Counted from the stretch's first letter, positions 1 through 10,350 are shown. The stretch: 53,136 nucleotides of DNA from Alphaproteobacteria bacterium (GCA_049276515.1 JBASWO010000111.1:1-53136), one strand, 5' to 3'. A program made the numbers and translations. The notes: generated by a model from the sequence alone, not told the origin.

Positions 1-1310
1 ACCATAAACACCGGGTTTTTCGTACCACATATGTTTCGTTGGGCCTGGCACGCTAAAAGTACCAAAAATCAAATTATGATCTGGCACAACATTGATCAAA
101 CCATCATCGATACTAATTCCTGCTGCAATATTATTTCTAACGGTGACATCACTCGATGGCACCCCAGTTTTGGCGCGCTTAACATTAATAGCCGGCCGCA
201 GATCGCCATCTCCTAATACGGTATTGTTGGCAATAAGGCCGCCATGCAATCCATTCATTGTTATGCCATGGTACGCATTTGTCACAATCACGTTGTTGGT
301 AACCGTTACATTGTACCAGTTACTATCAAAAGCACAGATGCCCTGCAGGCCATTCGGAAACTTTAAGTTTGGATCCGTTTGACGGATAATCGTGTTACTA
401 TCAATAACAATATTCTTTGCTGTGCCATCACATTTCCCATTGGCACAAACAAAGCCCTGCATCGCATCAGGATGATTGCCATCCCCTAAGTCGAGATTGT
501 TTGTGATGCGGTTATGTGTAATCAACATGTTGCTGTTCGTAAAACGCAAACCATCACCACCGATATAATCGATTTTGTTATTGTGAAAGACTAAATTGGG
601 ACCACTCAAATTAGCGCCAAATCGCGTATTGATGATTTTGTTGTTGGTAAGGGATGTACAATTTGTCGTATCCGCGATTGTTATCCCATTGCGCGCGTTG
701 TTCTTCCAATCAATTTGCGACCAGTAATTCACATCATCATGCGATGTAATGTAATTATCTTTGATAATAAGCTGGGTCGCAGGACCAAAAAATCCACCGA
801 CGGCATGCACCATGGATCGCCAATCCGAGGCAAGCTTGATACCCTGAAACCTTAAACCTTCAATCTTCCAACGCGTGGCGCCAGTTAAAAATAACTCACG
901 CAAAACAGGTTGCTGATTAGGGGCAGCCGCAATAGTGATGAAGTCTGTATTAAAACCTTTAAGAGTGACACTACCGTGATCACCCGACATCAATAAGACA
1001 GTATCACCTTCTTTTACTTTTGCCTTCGTGTTGTCCGTAAATTTGTCAGTCGTGTTTGCTACATAGCGTTTGGTAGAGAGTAAGTTAGCATTTGCAACCT
1101 CGGCCAAGGTTCGCCAAGGTTTAGCTGCTGACCCATCACCGGCCATAGAGCCATTAATGGGATCAACATAAAAAATCCTACCTGAATTTATTTTTGGTAC
1201 ATCGCATCCTGGATAGACGATATCCTGGGCCTGTGCTGTTGATGAGATAAGGGCTGCTACAAAAAGCGCCAAAATAACAAAAAAGCGGTGGTGCGTTGGT
1301 GCACTTTGCA
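1..1310 (-). CDS. secreted right-handed parallel beta-helix repeat protein (putative EPS lyase/glycanase); C-terminal part lies outside the window
   Basis: Manual minus-strand translation. ATG at 1310 has GGAG 7 nt upstream, and the frame stays open to position 3. N-terminus MQSAPTHHRFFVILALFVAALISSTAQA is signal-peptide-like. Then YVDPINGSMAGDGSAAKPWRTLAEV, followed by repeated beta-helix rungs (HNNKIDYIGGDGLRF, THNRITNN, VTNNVIVTNAYHGI, IANNTVLGDGD). It is absent from the ORF track because no stop lies in the window. Confidence 0.75.
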
Positions 1311-1468
1311 TAACGACTCCGTTTGAAATTCTTAGAATAATCTAGCGACTATACGGAGGTATGCTTAACAAACGCCTAATAACTACCTATAGTTGGCAGC
1401 AAATAACTTAAATTTGGCAATTTAAGGGGTTTAGCGTTGTCCTGCGAGCGCAATCAAACCGTTAGGCC

Positions 1469-3049
1469 TTAGTACGCACCATCACGCCACAGAACTGCCG
1501 GTATTGTTTTGAAAATGATCACAATGTCATTCCAAAGTGACCAATTACGTACGTACCAGCTGTCCATACGCACACGATCAGCATAAGAAACATCATTCCG
1601 ACCACTCACCTGCCACAAACCCGTAATGCCCGGTTGCACGCGATAGTAGAAGGCGATGTCGTAGTTATATTTTTCTGCCTCAGCAACCACTATAGGGCGA
1701 GGACCAACAATACTCATATCACCTTTCAGCACATTGATAATCTGGGGTAGTTCATCAAGACTGGTGCGACGCAAGAGCGCACCGATAGAAGTAACACGAG
1801 GATCCTTACGTAATTTGTGATCACGCTGCCATTCAGCTTTGGCAAGCGGATGTGTCTCAAGATACTTTTTGAGCACTTCATCACTTCTATTGATCATGGA
1901 ACGGAATTTTAAGCAGGAGAATATTTTTCCATTCAGACCAATACGCTTGTGCGTGTAAAAAGCTGAGCCACCATCAAGTTTAACAAGCGCTGCCATGAGT
2001 AGCAGGATTGGGCTTAATACAAGTAGCGCTGTAAGAGATAAAACGATATCAAATGAACGCTTAATAAGACGTGCCGAAGTGCGCTCAAGGCCAACATTCT
2101 GCGCCATCAGCATCACATCATGGCCCAAGAAAGAATAAGGCGTCATACCGACAACCGACATGCTGTGAACAGGCGGCGATACGGTGAAAGGGATTTGCTC
2201 ACGCATGAGTTGCGCAAGCGAAACGCGCGCATTGGCAAAATCTTCGCCATCCAAAGCAATTACGACATGATGAGCACCATGTGAACGGCAGAGATTGCCC
2301 CAGTTATGACCAGCCAACTGAAGACTGCGTGGCAATTCTTTGAGATGTGCAACAATTTCATAGCCCAGGCTGTGCTCATTTTTTAAAACTGCACTTGCCT
2401 GCTCTGCTGTTGGGCCATTGCCAATAATAAGAGTGGGTATTTGCCACACATTATTTTTGCGCAAAAAGCTACGCCACAATGAACGAAATGAAATCATTGC
2501 GAGAATTGAAAAAGCCCAACCTGATAGCAACCAAAGACGCGAAAAATCCGCTTTAGCTACAAACTGCATAAAGCAACCAATCAACATTGTGAAAGCGGCT
2601 GCTTCAGCGATCTTCTTAGCTTCCGTCCAAAACGGCATACGTTGCTGATAATGATTGGTATGTGCAAACCAAATCAGTAGACCGGCACCTAAAAAGAAGA
2701 TTTGCAAAATTGGCATAGAATTGCCTGCAGCACTGCTCAAAGCATAACGCTCAAATAAAATCGCATTAATCTCAGCCGCAAACATCCAAGCAACGGTGAA
2801 GCCAGTGATAAGAGCAAGAGTATCAGTAATGAGGAAGGTACGTAAAAAACCATCAACAGTTTGACGTTTTTCTACAGCGTCATTATTCGCTGGAATATGT
2901 AGGGCTTCAGGTTTGTAGCCTTGAATTTCACGTAAGAGGCCATTGAGGCGTCGTTCAGCTTGATTGAAGAAGGTCGTGGGATAACGCGCTTCTGCAACTT
3001 TTTCAGTCTTCAATTTCTTGGCGAGGGAATCTTGACTTGGTGTTACCAT
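1469..3049 (-). CDS. EPS priming polyprenyl-phosphate glycosyl-1-phosphate transferase (WbaP/EpsB type: multi-TM N-terminus plus bacterial sugar transferase domain)
   Basis: C-terminal PF02397-like motifs: [54 protein letters not shown]. Start reset to ATG 3049 (MVTPSQ), which has AAGGAGGA 7 nt upstream. The track start at 3070 is a TTG lying inside that SD. Confidence 0.9.
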   Translation of the reverse strand: MVTPSQDSLAKKLKTEKVAEARYPTTFFNQAERRLNGLLREIQGYKPEALHIPANNDAVEKRQTVDGFLRTFLITDTLALITGFTVAWMFAAEINAILFERYALSSAAGNSMPILQIFFLGAGLLIWFAHTNHYQQRMPFWTEAKKIAEAAAFTMLIGCFMQFVAKADFSRLWLLSGWAFSILAMISFRSLWRSFLRKNNVWQIPTLIIGNGPTAEQASAVLKNEHSLGYEIVAHLKELPRSLQLAGHNWGNLCRSHGAHHVVIALDGEDFANARVSLAQLMREQIPFTVSPPVHSMSVVGMTPYSFLGHDVMLMAQNVGLERTSARLIKRSFDIVLSLTALLVLSPILLLMAALVKLDGGSAFYTHKRIGLNGKIFSCLKFRSMINRSDEVLKKYLETHPLAKAEWQRDHKLRKDPRVTSIGALLRRTSLDELPQIINVLKGDMSIVGPRPIVVAEAEKYNYDIAFYYRVQPGITGLWQVSGRNDVSYADRVRMDSWYVRNWSLWNDIVIIFKTIPAVLWRDGAY

Positions 3050-3248
3050 TTTAAAATCCTCCTTCCCCAATCAAATCGAAAACGAAACAATATACTGCGG
3101 TGCAGCAATCAGCGTGTGTATACTACAAATATGCACACATTGTATCGGTTTTTTTGGGCGAAAAATCAAGGGTTACGAATTGATTTCATTAGAAAATTTT
3201 CTTGTATAAATTAACTATAACGAATGCGGAATTTGTTAAAAAAAATTC

Positions 3249-3677
3249 TTAATTTTTACAGCCGGTAATTTTCTTACAGTTTTTATAAGCTAAAGGCTGA
3301 GTTGAAGTGTCAGGACACCGCTCATTACACAACCTGTAGTGCATGCCATTACGCAAGCATTCAGCCACACATTTGTAATCTCTACGGGGATTTTGATGAA
3401 CTGTAGATTGCTTTAAAACAACCTGATTGCCGAGCGGCACCGCTTCTTCCAACACCTTATGCTTCGTAATGACATTGGTCGATTTTGAAATATAAGCTGA
3501 ATTCACTTGGTTTTGTTGCAAAGGCCTACTGTAGCTGCAGGGCTCCATACATTGGTACGGCGTTTTACCCTGCGCAGTACAAGACTGAAGACAACGGTAG
3601 TCAGTATCAGCTTGTGCAAGAAGTGGCATCGTTAGAAACATGCCAAGACATATCAAAAACTTTGCACCTAACTTCAT
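3249..3677 (-). CDS. small secreted cysteine-rich protein with two DY[RK]C-x3-C-x9-C-x3-C modules; unknown function
   Basis: Signal peptide MKLGAKFLICLGMFLTMPLLAQA. Module 1 is DYRCLQSCTAQGKTPYQCMEPC and module 2 is DYKCVAECLRNGMHYRLCNERC, with a terminal C-x5-C. Its ATG overlaps the upstream ATPase stop (ATGA at 3674-3677). Confidence 0.7.
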   Translation of the reverse strand: MKLGAKFLICLGMFLTMPLLAQADTDYRCLQSCTAQGKTPYQCMEPCSYSRPLQQNQVNSAYISKSTNVITKHKVLEEAVPLGNQVVLKQSTVHQNPRRDYKCVAECLRNGMHYRLCNERCPDTSTQPLAYKNCKKITGCKN

Positions 3678-4579
3678 ACAGTTTCAGTTTCTTTGATTTG
3701 TTGCATGATGCTTTTGAGTTGATTTAAAAGTTTTGGCGCCGTCCAGTCCTGCGTCAAACCTTGGAAGGCACTCAGACCCGTACTATTGCGATCCGCAACA
3801 ACTTCAGCAACCGTTTTATAATCAACAGTCTTTTTATCTTCAGAAAAGGCATACATGAGAGCCTGATCACAAAGCAGATTTATCAAACGCGGCACACCAC
3901 CTGTGAAGAAATAAACTGCGGCACACGCTGCATCATTAAACAAAGCTGGCGCTCCACCAACAACGCCTAAACGATGGCGAATGTAACAAGCTGTTTCACC
4001 TGCCGTCATAGGATCCAAATGGCAATGAACAGCAATACGTTGAACAAATTGACGTAGATCTGGGCGCTTTAAAGTATCCAAAAGTTCGGGCTGACCAACC
4101 AGGATGATTTGCAGCAATTGATCTTTCTCATTATTGACGTTTGAGAGCATGCGCAATTCTTCAAGCATGTCTGCTTTCAAATTTTGTGCTTCATCTAGGA
4201 TCAAAACAGTGCGCTTGCCGCATGAATATTGATGCAGCAAAAACTCAATGAAAGCGTTATAAAGCGTGACAGGATCTTGATCAGCTGTCTGAATTTCAAA
4301 AGCTGTTGCTACCCAACCCAACAAACGGCCAAGCGACACGCTGGAATTGGTGATTACGCCAACAGTGACTTCAGGTCCTGCGCTTTTGAGGTAACGGCGA
4401 ATAACTGTGGTTTTACCAGCGCCTATTTCGCCCGTAATGACCATAAATCCGGCTTGCGTCATAATGCCATATTCAAGCAAATTGACAGCGCGGCGGTGGC
4501 GGCGGCTCAAGAAAAGGAAATCGGCATCCGGTAAAAGCGAAAATGGCTTTCCGGTTAGCCCATAAAAACTCTCATACAT
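3674..4579 (-). CDS. ExeA/GspA/MshM-like AAA ATPase of the PEP-CTERM/exosortase-locus subfamily
   Basis: FYGLTGKPF N-terminus, Walker A GEIGAGKTT, DEAQ box (ILDEAQNL) and LVGQPEL. GAGAGGAA SD lies upstream of ATG 4579. Confidence 0.88.
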   Translation of the reverse strand: MYESFYGLTGKPFSLLPDADFLFLSRRHRRAVNLLEYGIMTQAGFMVITGEIGAGKTTVIRRYLKSAGPEVTVGVITNSSVSLGRLLGWVATAFEIQTADQDPVTLYNAFIEFLLHQYSCGKRTVLILDEAQNLKADMLEELRMLSNVNNEKDQLLQIILVGQPELLDTLKRPDLRQFVQRIAVHCHLDPMTAGETACYIRHRLGVVGGAPALFNDAACAAVYFFTGGVPRLINLLCDQALMYAFSEDKKTVDYKTVAEVVADRNSTGLSAFQGLTQDWTAPKLLNQLKSIMQQIKETETV

Positions 4580-4830
4580 GCTTTTTAATTCCTCTCGCTC
4601 ACTGCAATTAGAGCGGACCCATTAAATATCATAATTCCGGACGGTTTTGGTCATAAATAACCGATGCTTTTCTTCACACTGTGTTGTATTTATCTGGCGA
4701 GGAATTCTTTTGTTTTCAATATCTTGGCTTTAATTTTAATGCTAAAAAGCCGAAAACCCTTTGCAACTATTAAGAATAAAAGCTTTCCATATTACGCCCG
4801 CTAACTATAATTCGCCCCCTATCCCAGGCC
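4580..4830. promoter_or_regulatory. AT-rich divergent intergenic region between the ATPase operon (-) and the export/assembly operon (+); promoters presumed
   Basis: About 250 bp of non-coding sequence between divergent operon starts. I found no convincing sigma-54 (GG-N10-GC) or other recognisable box. Confidence 0.35.
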
Positions 4831-4842
4831 ATGAGGACTCCC

Positions 4843-5418
4843 ATGAAGAAAATTACGCAATTCCTTGTTTTTACACTGATCTTGATTGCGGCATCTTCAC
4901 CGGCATTGGCAGCTAAAGGCAAAGCTTACAAAATTCGCCCTGGCGACGTTTTACAAATTACGGTTTGGAAAGAAGACGCCCTTGATCAAGAAGTTGTTGT
5001 TCTCCCCGATGGCAGCATCACCTTCCCTCTTATCGGCACACTTGATGTTGAAGACCACACCCCAAGCCAAGTTCAGAACATCATCAAGGGAAATCTCAAA
5101 GATTATGTTCCCGATGCATCCGTAGCCGTCGCCGTTAAAGCCAATCTTGGTCACAGCGTCAATGTTATCGGCCAAGTTGCTAAACCTGGTGAGTTTGTCA
5201 TGAACCGTCAATTAAGTGTAATGCAGGCGCTTAGCCAGGCCGGCGGCTTAACGCCATTCGCCAGCGAAGGACGCATTATTGTTTTGCGTCGTGAAGAGGG
5301 CAAGGAAGTGGCTATTCATGTGCCATACGACGACATTATCGATGGGGATTCACTCGATCAAAATCTGTCATTGCTTCCCGGTGACGTAGTCGTTGTACCA
5401 ACAGCCAGCCTTTTTTAA
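4843..5418 (+). CDS. polysaccharide export protein (Wza/Poly_export + SLBB family, periplasmic/OM)
   Basis: Signal peptide MKKITQFLVFTLILIAASSPALA. Poly_export motif PGDVLQITVWKE...LPDGSITFPLIG, and SLBB-like GQVAKPGEF...GGLT. Start reset to ATG 4843 (GAGGA 5 nt upstream); the track start is 4831. Confidence 0.88.
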   Translation: MKKITQFLVFTLILIAASSPALAAKGKAYKIRPGDVLQITVWKEDALDQEVVVLPDGSITFPLIGTLDVEDHTPSQVQNIIKGNLKDYVPDASVAVAVKANLGHSVNVIGQVAKPGEFVMNRQLSVMQALSQAGGLTPFASEGRIIVLRREEGKEVAIHVPYDDIIDGDSLDQNLSLLPGDVVVVPTASLF

Positions 5419-5421
5419 TCC

Positions 5422-6630
5422 ATGGTTCATATGCCGGCTCTCCTGATGCCGAAAAAGTGGCCAAGACTACACGGTATGCTATTGGTAATAAGCATGCTGG
5501 TTAGCGGCCATGCGTCTGCACAAAACACAACAACAAACCCCCTTACTTTGCAGAGTGACTCATACCTGCAAGCCATAGGCACACAATCATTCACCTATGA
5601 CACCAACCCTCTTATGCTCACGAATGGCGCCAAAACACTTTATGGTTCTGTTACAGCTCCAGAATTGGTTTTGATTAATACAACGCCGACATCGCAGCTG
5701 ACGCTTGATGGTGTTGTGCAAAAGAATGTTTTCAACCAATCTGAGTTTGACTCAACAGATTTGCATTCGAAGATTTTGTTCAATACAAAAAATGAACGCT
5801 GGAGTGCCGATCTCAAACAAACGATTGATTATGACACTACTCGCACCAGTGAGTTTTCAAATTATGGCTTCACCACTGCGCCAGTTCGCCATATAGGTAT
5901 CAACGTCTCACCAACCATTGGTTTTAAGCCAACGGCAACTGACACAATATCCCTACCCGCTTCTTTGACGACATCACATTATGAAAGGCGTGTTTTTACT
6001 GACTTTACCGTTATGTCAGTCGCACCAAACCTCAAACACGAGTTTGACCCCAATAACACTGGAGTTTTTACACTCAAGGCTCAACGCTATAGAGCAACAA
6101 CCGGCCTTCGCAATATTGTTGATAGCGTAGGCCCAAGTATTGGCTGGATCAGAACTATATCACCGCTTTTTAGCATTAACGGTAACATCGGCATCCAACA
6201 GTCTAGGCAGTTCGGCGCTGTCGCATCACGTCCTTGGGAATTACAATATACGTTTGATGGCGGACTTAATTATGAAGATTTGCAAGACCGCATTCAATTT
6301 ACTGCTCGTCGCGCTAATTATGCTTTTGGCAACGGCACTGAGTCCCTTCTCACCAGCTTTGGTGTGAGCGACACACATAAAATCAATCCGCGTCTTTCCG
6401 TCAATTTTGGACTGAACTACCAAACTGCTGACTATCAAGCACAAACAACTGGCAGCTTAGAAACTAGAATGGGCGGCAATGGTGGCATTACTTACTTAGT
6501 TACACCCCATCTTGATCTGACAAGTACTTTTCAATATCGCCGGGAAACTTTGACGAATATATCGCAGACTGCTGATAGCAGCATCATTACAATTGGCATC
6601 GTATTTCATCCGCAAGCCTGGGATTTATAA
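5422..6630 (+). CDS. putative outer-membrane beta-barrel protein of the EPS export apparatus (PEP-CTERM-locus OMP-like)
   Basis: Signal-like segment MLLVISMLVSGHASA. Composition is T/S/N/G/Y-rich with alternating beta-strand pattern and no TM helices. It sits between the Wza-like and chain-length genes, with a TAATG overlap to the next gene. Start is uncertain (5422, 5446 or 5476). Confidence 0.6.
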   Translation: MVHMPALLMPKKWPRLHGMLLVISMLVSGHASAQNTTTNPLTLQSDSYLQAIGTQSFTYDTNPLMLTNGAKTLYGSVTAPELVLINTTPTSQLTLDGVVQKNVFNQSEFDSTDLHSKILFNTKNERWSADLKQTIDYDTTRTSEFSNYGFTTAPVRHIGINVSPTIGFKPTATDTISLPASLTTSHYERRVFTDFTVMSVAPNLKHEFDPNNTGVFTLKAQRYRATTGLRNIVDSVGPSIGWIRTISPLFSINGNIGIQQSRQFGAVASRPWELQYTFDGGLNYEDLQDRIQFTARRANYAFGNGTESLLTSFGVSDTHKINPRLSVNFGLNYQTADYQAQTTGSLETRMGGNGGITYLVTPHLDLTSTFQYRRETLTNISQTADSSIITIGIVFHPQAWDL

Positions 6631-8411
6631 TGGAAGAGCTTTCACTAGCAGACTATTTGGCGATCTTTAAACGCCGGAAAAATTATTTCCTTATAACTTT
6701 TACTGTGTTGTTTTTAGCAGCAGTAATTTTTGCTTTATCCTGGTCTAACTACCGCTCGACAGCCACAGTAGAGATTGCGCAGCCACAGGTGGCGGCTGAC
6801 ATGACGACACCGATCGGCATGAACTCCAGCAGCAACATGTCTGAATCTTTAGCCGACTTACGCATCAGCAAAATCAAACAAAAAATTACCTCGCCTGGCA
6901 CTTTAGTTGAAATCATCACAAAGTTTAATCTCTACCCTGATGATAGAAAGTCTGATCCTATGGCAAGTATCGCCAAGGATATGGCAAGTAAAATTAGACT
7001 TAATCTTGTGAGCAGCACGGTTGCAAATCCAGCTGCAACTCAAAAAGTATCTGTCGATCAATTGTCTGCCATCGCCTTCATGCTGAGCTTTGACTACAGC
7101 GATCCACAAACTGCACAACAGGTTACCAATGAGCTTGTCACACGTTTCTTAGATGAAGATTTAAAAGAACGTCACGAACAAGCTGAGGCCACATCTGAAT
7201 TCATAGGCAAACAAATCGCCATCATGGAAACCCAGATGGTGGAGCAAGAAAAGAAGATTGCCGAGTTCCAAAGTGAGCATGGCATCTCAAAGCCTGAAGT
7301 TCTTATGTTTAATCAGCAGGCCGCAGCAAACACCTCTGTCAATCTACAGAGCCTTGAAAGCCAATTGACATCCAATCTAGGTACGCAAGGTTCATTACGC
7401 GCCCAATTAGCCGTTGTTGAGCCCTATTCACGCGTTCTTGCTGATGGCCAAGTCCTCACCACCCCCGCGACACAATTGAAAGCTCTTGAAGCACAATACA
7501 CAACGCTCACCGCCCAGTATGGCGAGCGCCATCCTGACGTTGTAAAAGTTAAGCGCCAAATCGAAGCCTTACGCTCGCAAGCCTACAAAGGAGATGGCGG
7601 ACAAGATACAGGCGCTCTTAAAGCTCAAATTGAAGATGTAAAAACAAATTTAGAAGCTGCAGAAAGCACTCTTGGTGAAGACCACCCCGATGTTGCAGCT
7701 TTAAAACGCCAATTGAAGAAACTTGAAAATGAATTGAAGGCCGGCGGCGAAACAACATCCGACAATGGAATTAAGCAAGATGCTGATAACCCTGCTTATT
7801 TGTCTCTCGTTGCCCAATTACGAGCAACACAAGAGCAATACAAAGCACTTTCTGCTCAACGCGAAGCTCTGGTAGCTCAACAAACAAAGTATCAAGAAGC
7901 GGTCAATCAGAATCCCACGCTTGAACAGCAAATGGCAGCATTAGCTCGTGACTATGATAATGCTCAATTGCGTTACCGCGAACTTAAAGCAAAGAAGATG
8001 GCAGCAGATATGGATCAACAAATGATCCAAGATCGTAAAGGTCAACGTCTTGTTGTTATTAACCCGCCTGAGTTGCCCTTAAAGACCCAGCCATCACGCT
8101 TACTCATTATTTTGGCCGGATTTATTATGGCTTTTGTCGGCGGTCTTGGCATGGTGATTATTGTACAAACTACCAATCAAAGCGTTATGGGACCACATCA
8201 CCTTGCGGCGCTTGTTGGTGTGCCGCCGCTAGTGGTTATCCCCCACATCTACACGGACCGTGAAAAAGAAAAAGATCCAACACGCCTCATTAGCGTGCAA
8301 TCAGTAACCGCGGTTTGCGTTTTACTAGTCATCGCCTTTATTTTATTTGGTTTGGTTCTTCTTCCGCTTGGTATGTTGTGGAGTTTCCTGACCAATCTTG
8401 CCGGCTTTTAA
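6630..8411 (+). CDS. polysaccharide chain-length determinant / co-polymerase (PCP, GumC/ExoP-N/EpsF-like)
   Basis: N-terminal Wzz motif (YLAIFKRRKNYFLITF plus TM) and a long coiled-coil periplasmic region. Pro-rich motif before TM2 (INPPELPLKTQPSRLLIILAGFIMAFVGGLG). No fused kinase domain. Confidence 0.88.
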   Translation: MEELSLADYLAIFKRRKNYFLITFTVLFLAAVIFALSWSNYRSTATVEIAQPQVAADMTTPIGMNSSSNMSESLADLRISKIKQKITSPGTLVEIITKFNLYPDDRKSDPMASIAKDMASKIRLNLVSSTVANPAATQKVSVDQLSAIAFMLSFDYSDPQTAQQVTNELVTRFLDEDLKERHEQAEATSEFIGKQIAIMETQMVEQEKKIAEFQSEHGISKPEVLMFNQQAAANTSVNLQSLESQLTSNLGTQGSLRAQLAVVEPYSRVLADGQVLTTPATQLKALEAQYTTLTAQYGERHPDVVKVKRQIEALRSQAYKGDGGQDTGALKAQIEDVKTNLEAAESTLGEDHPDVAALKRQLKKLENELKAGGETTSDNGIKQDADNPAYLSLVAQLRATQEQYKALSAQREALVAQQTKYQEAVNQNPTLEQQMAALARDYDNAQLRYRELKAKKMAADMDQQMIQDRKGQRLVVINPPELPLKTQPSRLLIILAGFIMAFVGGLGMVIIVQTTNQSVMGPHHLAALVGVPPLVVIPHIYTDREKEKDPTRLISVQSVTAVCVLLVIAFILFGLVLLPLGMLWSFLTNLAGF

Positions 8412-8424
8412 GGAGTAAGTAAGC

Positions 8425-9228
8425 ATGGATAGGCTGGAAAAAGCACTCGAAAAAGCCCGCAAAATGCGAGAAACCTATATGGGTAGCGGCCCAGCTGTTG
8501 CACAAAGCAAAGTTGCGGCCACACACACACCAACTCAGAACACCCAATATGCCCTCCAGTCCGATCCGATAAGTGTTCAAGAAGCACATTTATTAGAACG
8601 TCGTGTGATCGCCCATCAAACACGCAACAGTGAAGCCGACATCTATCGTATCTTGCGCACGCAGGTTCTGCAGATCATGAACAAATCAGGCATGCGTACC
8701 TTGGCGATCACCAGCCCAAACTATGGTGACGGCAAAACCACCACCTCACTTAATCTAGCAATGAGTATTGCACTCGATTTGAAGCAAACCGTTCTGCTGG
8801 TCGATCTCGATTTACGCAAGCCCAACTTACATGAATTCTTAGGATTGGAGCGCAATCAAGGCCTCAGCGACCATTTGCTAGATAATGTACCCTTGCAAAA
8901 TTGCCTGACACGCATGTCGTTTGATCGCCTCAGCATTCTACCTGCTGGCCGTCCTGTTGATCATTCATCTGAAGTACTGGGTTCACCTAAAATGGCTGCT
9001 CTGGCACGTGAACTCAAGACACGCTACCCAGACCGCCTTATCATTTATGATATGCCCCCCGTTTTAGCACAGGATGATCCGATTGCTTTCTTACCGCACG
9101 TTGATGCAGTTCTCATGGTCGTATATGACAGTGTAACAACTACTACTGAATTGAAGCGCTGCCTTAGCGTTCTCAGTAATGCGAATATTATTGGCACAGT
9201 CTTGAACAATTCGCGGCATCATTCCTAA
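8425..9228 (+). CDS. BY-kinase-like P-loop ATPase (CpsD/CapB/EpsG-like) lacking a C-terminal Tyr cluster
   Basis: Walker A SPNYGDGKTTTSLNLA, Walker A' LLVDLDLRKP and Walker B LIIYDMPP. AAGGAG SD lies 9 nt upstream. The last 22 aa (CLSVLSNANIIGTVLNNSRHHS) contain no tyrosine. Confidence 0.85.
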   Translation: MDRLEKALEKARKMRETYMGSGPAVAQSKVAATHTPTQNTQYALQSDPISVQEAHLLERRVIAHQTRNSEADIYRILRTQVLQIMNKSGMRTLAITSPNYGDGKTTTSLNLAMSIALDLKQTVLLVDLDLRKPNLHEFLGLERNQGLSDHLLDNVPLQNCLTRMSFDRLSILPAGRPVDHSSEVLGSPKMAALARELKTRYPDRLIIYDMPPVLAQDDPIAFLPHVDAVLMVVYDSVTTTTELKRCLSVLSNANIIGTVLNNSRHHS

Positions 9229-10350
9229 ATGATGAAGCAATTAAAAATTGCTGTTTTAAAAGATCGATATCCTACACTTTTTAATACGCCCAGGATTTCA
9301 CGCCATACTATCAAGCGTGTCCCCTTTATTCCCACGCATAAAATCTCGCATCATATTGAGGGTTTTACACTGCCTTTGGCCTTCGGCGCCGATCTCGGCC
9401 ATTACGTCAATCGCATTCCTGTAGTCAGTCGCATTCCCTTTATTATGAGTTTTGAGTCTCATCTGCCGCGTTATTTCGCTGGTGAACACACCAAGCTCTT
9501 CCGCCTTATGCGCCAGCAACTGACAAATCCTCTGTGTCGCCAGATTATTGCGATGTCAAAATTTGCAAAGAACCTTTTTATCCGTCAGCACGAAAATTCC
9601 CATGCTTTCGATGATCTGATGAAGAAGATCCAAATTATATATCCACACATTCATTTGCCGATCTATGATGCTCACAAGAAAAGAACCCCTGGACCTTTAA
9701 AACTTGTTTTTATTGGCTCGCACTTTGGCCGAAAAGGTGGTGCCGTCACGGTACGCGCAGCTGAAATAGCCAAGGCACGTAATCTACCTGTACGGTTTCA
9801 TATTATTTCATCCCTGCAAGCCGGGCATGGTATCTGGACCGATCCTCATAGTGAGGATTTCTTCAACCCTTATTTTAAGCTTCTGAATTTAGATAATATT
9901 ACCTTTGATCGTCATCTACCCAACGTACGAATATTTGATGTTTTAAAAGAGAGTGATTTTTCTATACTCACAACCTTCAGCGATACGTTCGGTTACAGCG
10001 CTATTGAATCGCTCAGCACTGGCACACCCGTCATTGCAACACCGCAAGGCGCTTTACCTGAATTTGTCCAACATGAGCAAAATGGCCTGATGATCCCTCT
10101 TGCCACCGATCCATTTGGCGAATGGCAACATATTAAACGCAATGATAATGGCTCAGCTGCTTATGCTGCGATGTTCAAAGCCGAGATCGACCGTATGGCT
10201 GAAGACTTAATCAAAGCCATTAGCCCCTATATCGATAACCCCGAAAAAATTACCCCCATGCGCGCTAACGCAAGAAATACCGCCGAAAGCATGTTTGATA
10301 CCCAAAAAACATCAGTCTATTTGGATGCTTTGTATGATCAATCGGTCTAA
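9229..10350 (+). CDS. GT-B fold glycosyltransferase, family 4-like
   Basis: E-x7-E region SDTFGYSAIESLSTGTPVIATPQGALPEFVQHEQNGLMI. Starts immediately after the preceding stop. Confidence 0.85.
   Translation: MMKQLKIAVLKDRYPTLFNTPRISRHTIKRVPFIPTHKISHHIEGFTLPLAFGADLGHYVNRIPVVSRIPFIMSFESHLPRYFAGEHTKLFRLMRQQLTNPLCRQIIAMSKFAKNLFIRQHENSHAFDDLMKKIQIIYPHIHLPIYDAHKKRTPGPLKLVFIGSHFGRKGGAVTVRAAEIAKARNLPVRFHIISSLQAGHGIWTDPHSEDFFNPYFKLLNLDNITFDRHLPNVRIFDVLKESDFSILTTFSDTFGYSAIESLSTGTPVIATPQGALPEFVQHEQNGLMIPLATDPFGEWQHIKRNDNGSAAYAAMFKAEIDRMAEDLIKAISPYIDNPEKITPMRANARNTAESMFDTQKTSVYLDALYDQSV

Noticed and set aside
3114-3155. Hairpin GTGTGTATA/TATGCACAC followed by T7, between the Cys-rich gene and the sugar transferase gene
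   Set aside because: The orientation fits a plus-strand terminator, but both flanking genes are on the minus strand. The T-tract is 10 nt from the stem, and on the minus strand no U-tract follows. It is probably fortuitous, or part of the promoter region of the sugar transferase gene.
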